Assembly (NCBI GenBank): GCA_963663225.1
Contig: OY760142.1
Span: forward strand, 64,001-128,000
Direction of reading: 5' to 3'
Origin: Nitrospirota bacterium
GTDB taxonomy: Bacteria; Nitrospirota; UBA9217
DNA: 64,000 nucleotides
The notes beneath the pieces were generated by a model. It was given only the letters and a program-made list of their open reading frames with translations, made no database searches and was not told where the DNA came from. The position numbers were made by a program, and so were the translations under genes. Numbering within the stretch: the stretch's first letter is position 1; each line of letters opens with the position of its first letter. This document shows positions 1 through 10,253 of this stretch, in pieces.

Positions 1-195
1 TGACCATTTGTTAGAGCTGTCCGTCTGAATGGACCGGTGAAACTCGACCGTTGCAAGTTCGTATTTGTTTTCCTGGAAAAAAGCAAGGCCTTTCATATAG
101 TAGCCTTCCGCCATTTTCGTGTTATCCACAGTATTACCGCCCGTGGTCACGCATCCGGCAAGTGCCAGAACAAGGATCACTACAAGTGTTCTCAT
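1..195 (-). CDS. TPR lipoprotein, Tgl/PilF-like (partial, runs off the window start)
   Basis: Hand translation MRTLVVILVLALAGCVTTGG...AEGYYMKGLAFFQENKYELATVEFHRSI: lipobox LAGC followed by a TPR-like helix pair; AGGAG RBS upstream. Confidence 0.7.
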   Translation of the reverse strand, partial: MRTLVVILVLALAGCVTTGGNTVDNTKMAEGYYMKGLAFFQENKYELATVEFHRSIQTDSSNKWS

Positions 196-215
196 CTCTG
201 AATACTCCTTTCAGA

Positions 216-1268
216 TCAGAATGATGCTAGAAGACGTGCAAGCGCTTCTCGATCGCGGCTCACCAAACCGGCCCCTGTCTTGATCTCAGCGCTCAGGTCT
301 TGGACCGGCGGTTTTGCTATCCCTGATCTGATCGCATGCTGCATAATTTCTTGCTGCTGTCTTGCTGAGATTTTTGCCTGTCGCTGTGGCTTTGGGGCTT
401 CATTCTGATGCGGTCGAGAATCTGAGCGTTTCTGCAGTCGTGCGTCCGGTTCTTCCGTGGTTTGTGAACGGGATGCTTGTTGCTGCGTTGAAGGGGCTGG
501 TGTCGCTATTTTGTCCTTTTGCAGTGGTGGGACCTTTTGCACCGAAGGACTCTGCAATGGCTGAAAGGTTTCCTGTGCAGCAGAGCTCTGGGGCTGTACC
601 GGCGCCACCGATTGCGGCATATAAATCACTTGTGGGTGTATGATTTGCTGAATCTGTTGTTCAGGTGGTGCTGGTAATGGTTCAGGTGTCTGAGGGAGGA
701 GCGTGTCTGAAGGCTGTACTGATTCCTCTTGTTGAGACATCGGGGGTGTTTGTGGTTGCGTCGCCGGCTGCGGAGTCTGTTGGAGCGGTGGTGCCGGCAA
801 TATCTCTATCGTCTGAGGCACCGCAGTGCTGCTTGAGGACCGTACCGATACGGCCGGTTGCGAAAGCGGCGGTGTTTCGGGCGGCATAGTGTTAGCAAAA
901 ATATCCTGTTCATCGATCCAGCGGTCCTGCTCTGAAGCGGATAACTTTAAAACGGCAACTTCGTCCAGCATCGCGCCTAGCCCTTCGGCGAACGCAAAGG
1001 CTTCCTCTTCAACGTCATTCATTTGCTCTTCAGGGAATGGATTGGAGGAATGGGCGTAGAACATCCGCCGGTTTGTCGTAAGAAGGTGCAGTGCTATATA
1101 TGCTGAAAAGTTCCCTTTGCGTTCCTTGAAGAAAAGAACATAACTTTTTGCATCTTCCAGCATCATCTCGGGAGTTGCTACCTGATGTACATTCATGGAA
1201 AAGAACACTTTGAAAATGTTCCGTTCCTTAATATTGAGATCGGTTATTTTAAGATCGATAGCGAACAT
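216..1268 (-). CDS. Conserved hypothetical protein: globular N-domain, long Pro/Gln-rich linker, C-terminal REALARLLASF
   Basis: 350-aa ORF co-oriented between pfkB and the TPR lipoprotein; low-complexity PQ middle. Confidence 0.7.
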   Translation of the reverse strand: MFAIDLKITDLNIKERNIFKVFFSMNVHQVATPEMMLEDAKSYVLFFKERKGNFSAYIALHLLTTNRRMFYAHSSNPFPEEQMNDVEEEAFAFAEGLGAMLDEVAVLKLSASEQDRWIDEQDIFANTMPPETPPLSQPAVSVRSSSSTAVPQTIEILPAPPLQQTPQPATQPQTPPMSQQEESVQPSDTLLPQTPEPLPAPPEQQIQQIIHPQVIYMPQSVAPVQPQSSAAQETFQPLQSPSVQKVPPLQKDKIATPAPSTQQQASRSQTTEEPDARLQKRSDSRPHQNEAPKPQRQAKISARQQQEIMQHAIRSGIAKPPVQDLSAEIKTGAGLVSRDREALARLLASF

Positions 1269-1320
1269 ATCCCGAATCAGTTCACAAGGCTAAGGTAATG
1301 GTTTGTCGAAATGTTGCCGG

Positions 1321-2229
1321 TTAAATATCTTCGAAATGAGTCAGCTTTTTGAACTCCCGATATCTGTTTTCAATTTCCCGATAATCAAGACTTCTCAGCC
1401 GGTCAAGGCTGAAAGATTCTACGTTCAGCGATGCCATTACGCTGCCGAAAATAACCGCCTTTCGCATGCTTTCCTCGGAAAAGTTCATCGTGCTCGCGAG
1501 GTATCCCATGAAACCGCCGGCGAACGTGTCTCCCGCGCCGGTAGGGTCGAAAACAGATTCGAGTGGATATGCAGGTGCGTTGAATATGCTGTGACCGTTA
1601 AACAGGAGGGCGCCATAGCTTCCCTGCTTGACAACAATGGATTTCGGCCCCATGGCCTGCACTTTTTTGGCAGCCTTGACCAGGCTCGCCTCCCCGGAAA
1701 GCTGCCTGATTTCAGCCTCGTTGATTGTGAGCAAATCTACGTTTTTTAGTATCCGCTTCAGCGCATCCAGTTTGCTTGAAATCCAGTAGTTCATGGTATC
1801 GCATGCCACCAGTTTCGGTTTTTCTATTTGCCGGAGCACATCAAATTGGATTTCAGGATCAATATTTGCCAGGAAAACGATGTCTGAATTCTTGTAATCA
1901 TCAACAATGGTTGGTTTGAAAGTCGCAAGAACGTTCAAATGGGTGGCGAGAGTATGCGCTTCATTGAGATCATACCCATATTCTCCCTTCCATCTGAAGG
2001 TTTCTCCCTTTTGGACTTCTAAACCCCGAACATCAACGTTCTTGCTTTTCAGAAACTGTATGTGCTCATGGGGAAAATCATCGCCGATCACGGCGACGAG
2101 CCGTACATCAGCGAAATAGCTGGCAGACGTTGAAAAATAGGTGGCGGAGCCGCCCAAGGCATTATCCACGGTCCCGAATGGGGTTGTAACTGAATCAAGC
2201 GCCACAGTGCCGACAACAAGCAGACTCAC
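1321..2229 (-). CDS. PfkB-family carbohydrate/nucleoside kinase
   Basis: GGSATY N-terminal motif and DPTGAGDTFAGG signature; GTG start at 2229 preceded by GGAGG. Confidence 0.9.
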   Translation of the reverse strand: MSLLVVGTVALDSVTTPFGTVDNALGGSATYFSTSASYFADVRLVAVIGDDFPHEHIQFLKSKNVDVRGLEVQKGETFRWKGEYGYDLNEAHTLATHLNVLATFKPTIVDDYKNSDIVFLANIDPEIQFDVLRQIEKPKLVACDTMNYWISSKLDALKRILKNVDLLTINEAEIRQLSGEASLVKAAKKVQAMGPKSIVVKQGSYGALLFNGHSIFNAPAYPLESVFDPTGAGDTFAGGFMGYLASTMNFSEESMRKAVIFGSVMASLNVESFSLDRLRSLDYREIENRYREFKKLTHFEDI

Positions 2230-2315
2230 CAAATACCTCCATTCCAATTCGACGGCATACAGCATGCGTGAGCAGCAACCCGGAACGTGTTCTCTCTCTG
2301 CTCAGCATAAATATC

Positions 2316-3206
2316 TTATTTTATTTTCAAATATTTTCCGATAATCGGCGCCAGATCCCTTTTTGTCTTAGCAGGAACGATTTTTTCAGGAGTCATGATG
2401 GTATTTTTGAGAGAATCCCCGCAAGCACAGGACCTGGTCTCCGGCAGAACTCGTACTGCTTCACGAATCATGGCCTTGGATGTTTCAATATTTTTTTTCA
2501 TCACCGCCAGAACCGATTCCACCGTCACAGGCTCTTCGCTGTGGTGCCAGCAATCGTAGTCTGTGGCAAGGGCGATGGTGCTGTAGCATATTTCAGCTTC
2601 ACGGGCAAGTTTTGCTTCGGTCGCGTTTGTCATGCCGATCACGTCAACATTCCATGTGCGATAAAGAAGTGACTCCGCCTGGCTTGAAAACTGCGGGCCC
2701 TCCATGCACAAATAGGTGCCGCCCCGGTGAACAACTGCGCCTGTTGCAGTCCCGGCCTGGGCAATAATGTCGCACAGTTCGGCGCATACGGGGTTTGCCA
2801 TGCCTACATGGGCGACGATCCCGTTTCCGAAAAACGTGCTTCGTCTGTGTTTTGTATGATCATAGAACTGGTCGGGAATGACGATATCGCCCGGGTTTAT
2901 CTCTTCCTTCATGCTGCCGACAGCGCTTACTGAAATAATCCTCTGCACACCGAGCTTCTTCATGCCGAAAATATTAGCGCGGTAGTTGATGTCCGTCGGC
3001 ATAATGCGGTGCCCTTTTCCATGGCGGGGCAGAAAAGCTATTTTTCTCCCGAAGAGCGTGCCGACTATATATTCATCCGAGGGTTTTCCAAATGGAGTTG
3101 AGACGCTCACCGACCTTAAATTGGTAAGGCCTTCCATGGTATACAGACCACTGCCGCCGATTACACCTATGTCAATTTTTCCCAATCGGGAACTCTGTCG
3201 TGCCAT
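2316..3206 (-). CDS. mtnP: S-methyl-5'-thioadenosine phosphorylase
   Basis: IGVIGGSG, TPFGKPS, RHG, EGPQFS, GMT, TDYDCW motifs. Confidence 0.92.
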   Translation of the reverse strand: MARQSSRLGKIDIGVIGGSGLYTMEGLTNLRSVSVSTPFGKPSDEYIVGTLFGRKIAFLPRHGKGHRIMPTDINYRANIFGMKKLGVQRIISVSAVGSMKEEINPGDIVIPDQFYDHTKHRRSTFFGNGIVAHVGMANPVCAELCDIIAQAGTATGAVVHRGGTYLCMEGPQFSSQAESLLYRTWNVDVIGMTNATEAKLAREAEICYSTIALATDYDCWHHSEEPVTVESVLAVMKKNIETSKAMIREAVRVLPETRSCACGDSLKNTIMTPEKIVPAKTKRDLAPIIGKYLKIK

Positions 3207-3277
3207 CCGTAAAACACCTCAGAAAAGTAAAAGATCAGATTGTAAAAGAATTACGGAAAAACTTTTTTCCAATATGC

Positions 3278-3547
3278 TCAGCCCTGTGCGGTGCTCTGTT
3301 CAGGAGATGTCTTTTTTGCATCCCCTTCCTCCAGAAACTCAACAGGTTTGTCGGGAATGATGGTAGATATTGCATGTTTATAAACAAGCTGCTGGTTTTC
3401 CTGCTTCATCAGAATGACGAAATTATCAAACCCCTTGATGGTTCCGGTGAGACGCGCACCGTTTACCAAATACACGGTAACTGAAATTTTTTCCTTGCGC
3501 ATCTGATTGAGAAAAATGTCCTGAAGATTTACCTGCGACTTTCCCAT
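3278..3547 (-). CDS. hfq: RNA chaperone Hfq
   Basis: NLQDIFLN...YLVNG...GFDNF...[11 protein letters not shown]; downstream of miaA; ATG at 3547 after GGAGG. Confidence 0.97.
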   Translation of the reverse strand: MGKSQVNLQDIFLNQMRKEKISVTVYLVNGARLTGTIKGFDNFVILMKQENQQLVYKHAISTIIPDKPVEFLEEGDAKKTSPEQSTAQG

Positions 3548-3631
3548 CAATCCTCCCTTTTTAAGCCGTTCCAGCACGGGCAAAAGCCCGTAGCTACCAT
3601 GCATGTTTGCTCAGTAAAAAGTTTTTTCATC

Positions 3632-4579
3632 TTATACCAACTTATTTGAAATTTCAATGCTTTTCTTTATTCGTGCGACGATTTCCTCCGGCTGTGAAAG
3701 GCCGGTAATGTCTATCCACGCCGCCTGCGGTTCACGCCGGAACCAGGTAAACTGGCGTTTGGCAAAACGCTTTGTATCACGCTTCAGAAAAGCCGTTGCA
3801 TCATCGCGCGATGATGTTCCGCGGCAAACGCCGATGAAATGCTGATATCCCAATCCTTTCATGGACACGAGATCGGGGCTGTATCCGCGGGCCATCAAGC
3901 CCCTGACCTCTGATTCCAGTCCATCCGCAATCATCTGGTCCACACGCTTTTCTATTCGGGGATACAGTTCCGTTCGCTCTCTGGTAAGGAACAGCAGGGT
4001 AAACCGATACGGCACATCGTTAAATGCGTGCTCCCGCTGGAACTCGGAAAGTTTTTTATCTTTCAGATAATAGACCTCCAGCGCCCTCATCGTGCGTCGA
4101 AGATCGTTCGGATGTATCCTTGCCGCAGCATCAGTGTCCCGTTTTACCAACTCAGCATACAGTGTCCCGGGGCTGTTTTCCATCTCCCGCTGGTGCAGTT
4201 GTGCCCGCAAATCCTTGTCTGCAGGAGGCCCTGAAAACAATCCGCGAGTAAGCGCCCGTATATACAAGCCTGTTCCTCCCACGACAAGAGGAGTCCTGCC
4301 GGAAGCCAGAATACGGTCAATGGCAGAGCGGGCATCCCTGAGATAATCTCCAACGCTATAAGCTTGCTCCGGCTCCACGATGTCGATCATATGATGAAAC
4401 ACCAATTCGCGTTGTTTTTTAGTTGGTTTGGCGGTGCCTATGTCCATCCCGCGATATATCTGCATCGAGTCCGCACTCACAATCTCGGTGCGGAATTCCC
4501 GGGCAAGGAGAAGGGACGCTTCCGTCTTGCCCACTGCGGTTGGGCCGGCAATAATCAGAATGGATTTTTTATCCGACAT
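3632..4579 (-). CDS. miaA: tRNA dimethylallyltransferase
   Basis: GPTAVGKT, DSMQIYRGMDIGTAKP, VGGTGLY, AKRQFTWF. Confidence 0.97.
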   Translation of the reverse strand: MSDKKSILIIAGPTAVGKTEASLLLAREFRTEIVSADSMQIYRGMDIGTAKPTKKQRELVFHHMIDIVEPEQAYSVGDYLRDARSAIDRILASGRTPLVVGGTGLYIRALTRGLFSGPPADKDLRAQLHQREMENSPGTLYAELVKRDTDAAARIHPNDLRRTMRALEVYYLKDKKLSEFQREHAFNDVPYRFTLLFLTRERTELYPRIEKRVDQMIADGLESEVRGLMARGYSPDLVSMKGLGYQHFIGVCRGTSSRDDATAFLKRDTKRFAKRQFTWFRREPQAAWIDITGLSQPEEIVARIKKSIEISNKLV

Positions 4580-4581
4580 AA

Positions 4582-4971
4582 TCAGTGAAGTATGATTTCA
4601 ACAGGGTAGTCACTGTTTCTCCAGCCTTTCATATGCCCCTCCAGTACATACACGTGCTCATAGCCTGACAGAGACAGTGAAAAAACGGCGATTGTCGCCC
4701 GCGGACCATGCTCGCAATAAAGAATGACCGGGTCTTTCTTTGAATAGCCGATTTCACGCAAACCGGAATCGATTGCTGAAAACGGGATATGGACAGCGCC
4801 GGGTACATGGTCCCGTTCGTATTCTCCCTGCGACCGCACATCGACAATCAACGGTGCAGTTCCATTCTGCATGTTCGTAAGAAGCAGCTCGGATGTCACG
4901 GTGGCCGCGCAGGCAGTGCAGAGTAAACAGCACACGAACGCGGGAAATACAATGCGAAGGCAGTTTGTCAT
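4582..4971 (-). CDS. Exported rhodanese-like protein
   Basis: IVDVRS..EY...HVPGA, active-site YCEHGPR, LEGHMKGW; signal/lipoprotein-like N-terminus. Confidence 0.85.
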   Translation of the reverse strand: MTNCLRIVFPAFVCCLLCTACAATVTSELLLTNMQNGTAPLIVDVRSQGEYERDHVPGAVHIPFSAIDSGLREIGYSKKDPVILYCEHGPRATIAVFSLSLSGYEHVYVLEGHMKGWRNSDYPVEIILH

Positions 4972-5004
4972 CGTGGTAAACCGCAGTGTGTCTTTATGAG
5001 GACA

Positions 5005-6774
5005 TCATGACCGTTTGAACATTTTTCTTATTTCATCCATGGTAAAACGCACAATTGTCGGTCTGCCGTGGGGGCAGGTATGCGGCATCCGGCATTGCTG
5101 AAGATCATCCAGCAGCGTTTCCATTTCTTTTCGTTCGAGCCGACGATGAACCTTGATGGCGGGGTGACAGGCCATGACGCTCAGAACTTCATCATACAGT
5201 TTATCCAGCCTGGCATTGCTCTCATGGGCGTTCAATTCATCAAGCATGTCAAGCAGCAATTGTGTATAGTCCGCTCCAGCCGCAAGAGCCGGTACTGCTT
5301 TTATCATGAAGGTGTTACTTCCGAACTCTTCGACAATAAAACCGAATTTTCCCAGCTCCGTCAAATATTCAGCGAGCAGACGTCCCTGGGCCGGACCCAG
5401 TTCCACCGGGGCGGGGATAAGAAGCTCCTGAATAGGAATGGAACCGCGGGAAAAAAGGTCCTGGAGCTTCTCGAATAAAATCCGTTCATGAGCGGCATGC
5501 TGATCGACAACGGCCATACCGTTCTGATATTGTGCAATGACATAGGAGTCATGCAGTTGTGCGAGCGGATGCATGCCCTGCCCCAAGAAAGAAGGCGTTT
5601 GGACGGCCGATTCATCGAGCACTGCGTGCCCTCCGGGCAGCTCATCAGGGAAGGCTGATCTTTCAGCTCTCTGATGGTCAAATACAAAAGGGGTTTTTTG
5701 CACCGGTCCGGTAGTGCCGGAATATGCAGGATTTTTGAGATAATCCGCATATGCTTCCTGTACCCGATCCTCACCGGGCATCTCATGCGCACGCAGGTTT
5801 TCTCTGATAGCATTCCGAAGCAAATCGTGAATCTGCGCCTGGTTCCTGAACCGTACTTCTGCTTTTGCAGGATGCACATTCACATCAACCAGTGCGGGGT
5901 CGATTTCAATAAAAATGAACCCGACAGGATGCCGATCACGCATAAGCATGTGATCGTATGCGCTGTACAGCGCGTGGTTCAGCGAGGGGTTCTTTATCGC
6001 ACGGCGATTGACATAAAAATCCTGGTACGTGCGGTCTGCCCGGGTGTACGCGGGACGACCGATAAAGCCATGCAGATATATACCGTCTCGTTCCTGTGAA
6101 AAGCCGATAAGATTATCGCTCAGTTCACGGCCATATAACTGAAACAACCGTTCCCGTTCATCCGGGGAAGCAGGAAGATCAAATACCAGCTTTTTGTTGT
6201 GGGTAAGCCTGAAATGTATGGAAGGACAGGCCATGGCCTGCCGTGACACGACGGACAGAATGTGTGAAAACTCGGTCGCCAGGGCTTTTAAAAATTTAAG
6301 CCTTGCAGGCGTATTGAAAAAAAGATGGCTGATTTCAAATGTAGCGCCCTGGGACGCTGCGGCATCGGCGACCGTTTTTACCGTACCGCCTTCGATCTCA
6401 ACCAGCACCCCGGCGGAAGCTCCCCGCTCCGCGGTAAGAAGCCGTACATGCGACACTGAAGCAATGCTTGACAGCGCCTCTCCGCGAAACCCCATGGTCC
6501 GGACAGCTTCCAGGTCCGAGTCGCTTGTTATTTTGCTCGTGGCATGGCGTTCGAAGGCAGTCTGCGCATCCGTTTTTGACATCCCGCTTCCGTTATCGGT
6601 AATGCGGATAAGCCTTCGTCCGGCCTGTTCAATGTCGATGAAAACAGCGGTTGCTCCGGCGTCGACGGAATTTTCGATGAGTTCCTTGACGACCGAAGCC
6701 GGACGCTCCACTACCTCTCCCGCGGCAATTTTATTGATAACATGATCGGGAAGTATTCTGATTGATTGCACCAT
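5005..6774 (-). CDS. mutL: DNA mismatch repair endonuclease MutL
   Basis: IAAGEVVERPASVVKELIENS, GFRGEAL, DVNVHPAK, DQHAAHERILFE, CPHGRP. Confidence 0.98.
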   Translation of the reverse strand: MVQSIRILPDHVINKIAAGEVVERPASVVKELIENSVDAGATAVFIDIEQAGRRLIRITDNGSGMSKTDAQTAFERHATSKITSDSDLEAVRTMGFRGEALSSIASVSHVRLLTAERGASAGVLVEIEGGTVKTVADAAASQGATFEISHLFFNTPARLKFLKALATEFSHILSVVSRQAMACPSIHFRLTHNKKLVFDLPASPDERERLFQLYGRELSDNLIGFSQERDGIYLHGFIGRPAYTRADRTYQDFYVNRRAIKNPSLNHALYSAYDHMLMRDRHPVGFIFIEIDPALVDVNVHPAKAEVRFRNQAQIHDLLRNAIRENLRAHEMPGEDRVQEAYADYLKNPAYSGTTGPVQKTPFVFDHQRAERSAFPDELPGGHAVLDESAVQTPSFLGQGMHPLAQLHDSYVIAQYQNGMAVVDQHAAHERILFEKLQDLFSRGSIPIQELLIPAPVELGPAQGRLLAEYLTELGKFGFIVEEFGSNTFMIKAVPALAAGADYTQLLLDMLDELNAHESNARLDKLYDEVLSVMACHPAIKVHRRLERKEMETLLDDLQQCRMPHTCPHGRPTIVRFTMDEIRKMFKRS

Positions 6775-6850
6775 AGATTAGTTGACTACACGATGGGCAG
6801 CGTGTGGCGGCACAGCACTGCGATCTTTTCTGCGAGAAAACAACAATATC

Positions 6851-7588
6851 TCAGCAATTGTAATACCGGTGTCGCGACATGCCTTCTTTGACATGGTCCA
6901 GAATATAGGTTTTTATCAAGTCCCTGTCTACCGGGCTGATTTTCTCAAATTTCATTCCCATCCCCGGTCTTTTAAAGGACCCTTCTTCCTCTGCGGTGCG
7001 ATACAGGACGACGGCTTCAAGCAGAATCATCCTGCCCATAAGCTCAAAACTTATCGGGATACGCGCATGCATCGGTCTGGGTTCGAGGCTTTGCAGAAAG
7101 ACACCGTCCTCCGACAGGTCGCTGACAAAACCTTTTCCCTCTTTCGGCTTGTCTTCGAGCGTGGCGGTGAGCCGGGTGGGTATTCTGATGTTGCGGCGCC
7201 GTCCCTTTTCAATAACTGACTGAAGAGTCCGGTACAATTCTTCCACATTGACGGGTTTTCTGAGATAGGCGGCAGCATTCCCTCCTCGGCTCAGAAAATC
7301 CTCCAGAATTCTATCGGAAGAGGTCAGCAGTATGAAAGGGACCTCGGAAAAATGAGGGTCTTTCTGCATCTCGAACAGGACGGGCAGATCGGCAGAACCG
7401 GCGGCTGCAACAACAAATGACGGTTTTACCATGGCCATAAATGCAGTCGCCTCTTCCTTTGTATTGGCCGTGACAATATAATAACCGAATCGCTGCAGCA
7501 GCAAACACGTCGAAAAGCGGTCAAGAACATTTGCATCAATGATCAGAACATACTTTTTATTCTTGTCTCGTGTATCAGTTTCCTGCAT
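6851..7588 (-). CDS. Atypical receiver domain fused to PilZ domain
   Basis: REC-like N-half (LIID...YLRKPV); PilZ motifs RRRNIR and DLSEDG. Confidence 0.8.
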   Translation of the reverse strand: MQETDTRDKNKKYVLIIDANVLDRFSTCLLLQRFGYYIVTANTKEEATAFMAMVKPSFVVAAAGSADLPVLFEMQKDPHFSEVPFILLTSSDRILEDFLSRGGNAAAYLRKPVNVEELYRTLQSVIEKGRRRNIRIPTRLTATLEDKPKEGKGFVSDLSEDGVFLQSLEPRPMHARIPISFELMGRMILLEAVVLYRTAEEEGSFKRPGMGMKFEKISPVDRDLIKTYILDHVKEGMSRHRYYNC

Positions 7589-7768
7589 TGCATGTTCCCT
7601 TCACCAGGACTCTGTTCCGCTGTGATCGACTGAGGCAGTATATTGCAGGCTCGATATCCCGCGCTGCAATTACATACTAGTATAGTTGACAAAAAGTTTC
7701 AAGAAATATCCGTGTTCTTTTTTTGGATGGTGAATCCATGCTGCCGCGTTTGGCGCATCACAGCACCA

Positions 7769-8572
7769 TTATCCATGTATTTTTTGGTACATCCATAATC
7801 TATGGGAGAGGGCCTGCGCAAACCCGTCTAGACCGGGAAACAAGCTTTCCCGGTGAATATTCATTTTATGCAGTTCCTTCAGTGCGCGCAATCTGTCCTC
7901 AATACTCATCTCGCAGTGAATTTTAATAACGGCATTGGCATTCTGCCACTCTTCCAGGGCCTGCAGATTTTCTTCAAACGACACCGCCACATTCCCGGAG
8001 CAGAGAAAAACGCCCTGCTGAATATTCAAGCGTTGGTTGAAAAAAAAGGGGTTCTCCAATCCCACCATTTTATAGGGTTTCTCATTCATATAGAGTGGGA
8101 TAAAGGACGCGTCAGTTCTTGTTTCATATTTATTCCGCTGCTCATAGCGGCGGTCTCCCATAATCACACGGGCTTTTTTACTCCACCACATCTGGTTCAC
8201 ACACCAGACAATGCTCGATCCGCTCGAAAATTCCAGCGCAAAATAGAGCGCCACATACGGAGAATACGTCCAGTCCAGCAACCGTGTCGGGGCCCCGTGA
8301 TGCTGCATCAAAGCCAGACAATACAACGTGTCCGAAAGCACAAACTGCTGATCGTTCCCGTCATAACGGCGTCGGAAATTTGTTATCAGCGCCTGTTCCA
8401 GAGACGGAGCATCGTGCAACTTAATATTTGACCGCTCACAGGCCCGCTCAAGGCTCGTTTTAAGCGGCCAGTCTTCAGATTGTCCCCGGTAAATCCAGGT
8501 ATCTTCTGTAAGAAGCGACAATTGTAGAAATCCCTCCCAGGTGGTTATCTTTATTGTGCTGACATCCTTCAT
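7769..8572 (-). CDS. FRG domain protein
   Basis: YRGQ, MQHHGAPTRLLDWTYSPYVALYFA, RLNIQQGVF, SLFPGLDG. Confidence 0.92.
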   Translation of the reverse strand: MKDVSTIKITTWEGFLQLSLLTEDTWIYRGQSEDWPLKTSLERACERSNIKLHDAPSLEQALITNFRRRYDGNDQQFVLSDTLYCLALMQHHGAPTRLLDWTYSPYVALYFALEFSSGSSIVWCVNQMWWSKKARVIMGDRRYEQRNKYETRTDASFIPLYMNEKPYKMVGLENPFFFNQRLNIQQGVFLCSGNVAVSFEENLQALEEWQNANAVIKIHCEMSIEDRLRALKELHKMNIHRESLFPGLDGFAQALSHRLWMYQKIHG

Positions 8573-8758
8573 GGTGCGACCTCCAGCTGATTACATGATT
8601 ACCGCGGGTAAGAATAAACAGGCCGGGAAGTACACAGGTTTGCGTACATCCGTGCGGAAAAAAGACTGCTTCGTCGGTCTGTCCATGGATAGTATCGCTT
8701 ATCTTCGCAACAAAAGTAAAAAAAATGCTGTAAAAATCCAGTTGCATGGTTCCCATTC

Positions 8759-9904
8759 TCAGCTCTGAACGGTGGACACTGCACCTTGTTTCTTCGGAAG
8801 CATGAGATGAAATGCGCAACCATTGCCATAGTCAGATTCTACCCATACTTTTCCTTTATGGATTTCAGCGATCATTTTGACGTTGGCGAGACCTATTCCG
8901 ATCCCCTTAGTGTCGCCCGGAACGACATAATACTCATCAAAAATAAAAGCAACTTTGTCTTTGGGGATACCGCGGCCATCGTCTCTGACCGTGACAATCA
9001 CATTTTCTTTTCGCTCCCTTACCAGGACTGATATCTTCTTTTTTGCATGTTTTATGGCGTTTGAAAAATAATTTCCTACAGCCCTGAACAGCAGTTCTCG
9101 GTCCGCTATGGTTCTGATGGAAGGAAGATACCCCCAGTTTTCCGGTTTTTTCCTATTAATTGTGAAGGTACAGCATTTGTGTTCGATTTCCGGCAGCAAA
9201 ACCGTGGCCGCTTCCTTGCACACCTCGACAACATCTGCATCGCTCAACTTCAGGCATGTTTTCCGATTTTTTAAACTGCCATAGGTAAGGGCATGATCAA
9301 TGATGCCTGACACCTTTTCTCCACTCTGCTTGATAATTTTCAGGAATTTTATTTTCTTCTGCTCCGGCAATGGTTTTTCCACCATGAGTTGGGCAAATCC
9401 GGTCACTCCAATAAGAGGATTTCGCAGGTCGTGAATAAGAGCACTCAGAAATCGTTCATGAGTTTTTTCAAGTGTCTTGAAATACGTGCGCGACATAAGG
9501 CCGATTATACCATGATAAAGATGTTCGAGGGTACAGCGCACATAATCAATTTTTTTGGGAAAGCACTTCTTCAGGTAGGGTGCTATTGACTCTTCGAAAA
9601 AATGAAAAAAAATCAACAGATTGTCGTATCGTTCTCTCGCTTTTGCGAAGGCCGCGCCTGTTTTCTGAACTCGTCTAAAATAACCGGTGAAATTGCCGTC
9701 TTGCAAGGAGGTAAGAAGGAACCATACAGCGTGTTGAAAATTTCGCTCTGATCTTGCATGGGGTTGATGAAGCGTTTTGGACGATACATAAAACTGGTGC
9801 CAGGTGAAGGCAATTTCTTTTTCGAACGGTTGCAATGCCCGTGCAACGGCAACGATTGTTTCCTGTTCATGAGGAGTCAAGCTGACTATCTCATTAACAG
9901 GCAT
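8759..9904 (-). CDS. Soluble sensor histidine kinase with helical (globin/RsbRD_N-like) input domain
   Basis: H-box LIHDLRNPL, N-box NYFSNAIKH, DDGRGI, GIGIGL; no TM helix. Confidence 0.88.
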   Translation of the reverse strand: MPVNEIVSLTPHEQETIVAVARALQPFEKEIAFTWHQFYVSSKTLHQPHARSERNFQHAVWFLLTSLQDGNFTGYFRRVQKTGAAFAKARERYDNLLIFFHFFEESIAPYLKKCFPKKIDYVRCTLEHLYHGIIGLMSRTYFKTLEKTHERFLSALIHDLRNPLIGVTGFAQLMVEKPLPEQKKIKFLKIIKQSGEKVSGIIDHALTYGSLKNRKTCLKLSDADVVEVCKEAATVLLPEIEHKCCTFTINRKKPENWGYLPSIRTIADRELLFRAVGNYFSNAIKHAKKKISVLVRERKENVIVTVRDDGRGIPKDKVAFIFDEYYVVPGDTKGIGIGLANVKMIAEIHKGKVWVESDYGNGCAFHLMLPKKQGAVSTVQS

Positions 9905-10031
9905 TTTTCACCACCCCCCGCCGCAGAATTGCTGTACGCATTCATCTTGCTGATAATTCTATTATATCGTACTTGCATGGTGACTTGGGAAAATATCAGG
10001 GAGATCCGGCGTTGCATCATCAACAAACCAT

Positions 10032-10220
10032 TTACTCGCTCCAGCGTATTGCCGTAACAGGGCAGATATCAATTGCCTCCTGACAATTGCAGGTACCACA
10101 TTTTTCAGAATTTATCACATATGCCTTCTGATCGTCTCTCAGTTCAAACACTTCAGGACATGCATCGATGCACGCTCCGCAACCGATGCAGGCCTCCTGA
10201 TCCACAATTGGGATTTTCAT
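10032..10220 (-). CDS. Single-cluster ferredoxin
   Basis: CIGCGACIDACPEVF...EAIDICPVTAI; ATG at 10220 after GAGGT. Confidence 0.92.
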   Translation of the reverse strand: MKIPIVDQEACIGCGACIDACPEVFELRDDQKAYVINSEKCGTCNCQEAIDICPVTAIRWSE

Positions 10221-10253
10221 GAAATACCTCCGTTGCAAGCAATTTCAACAGCA

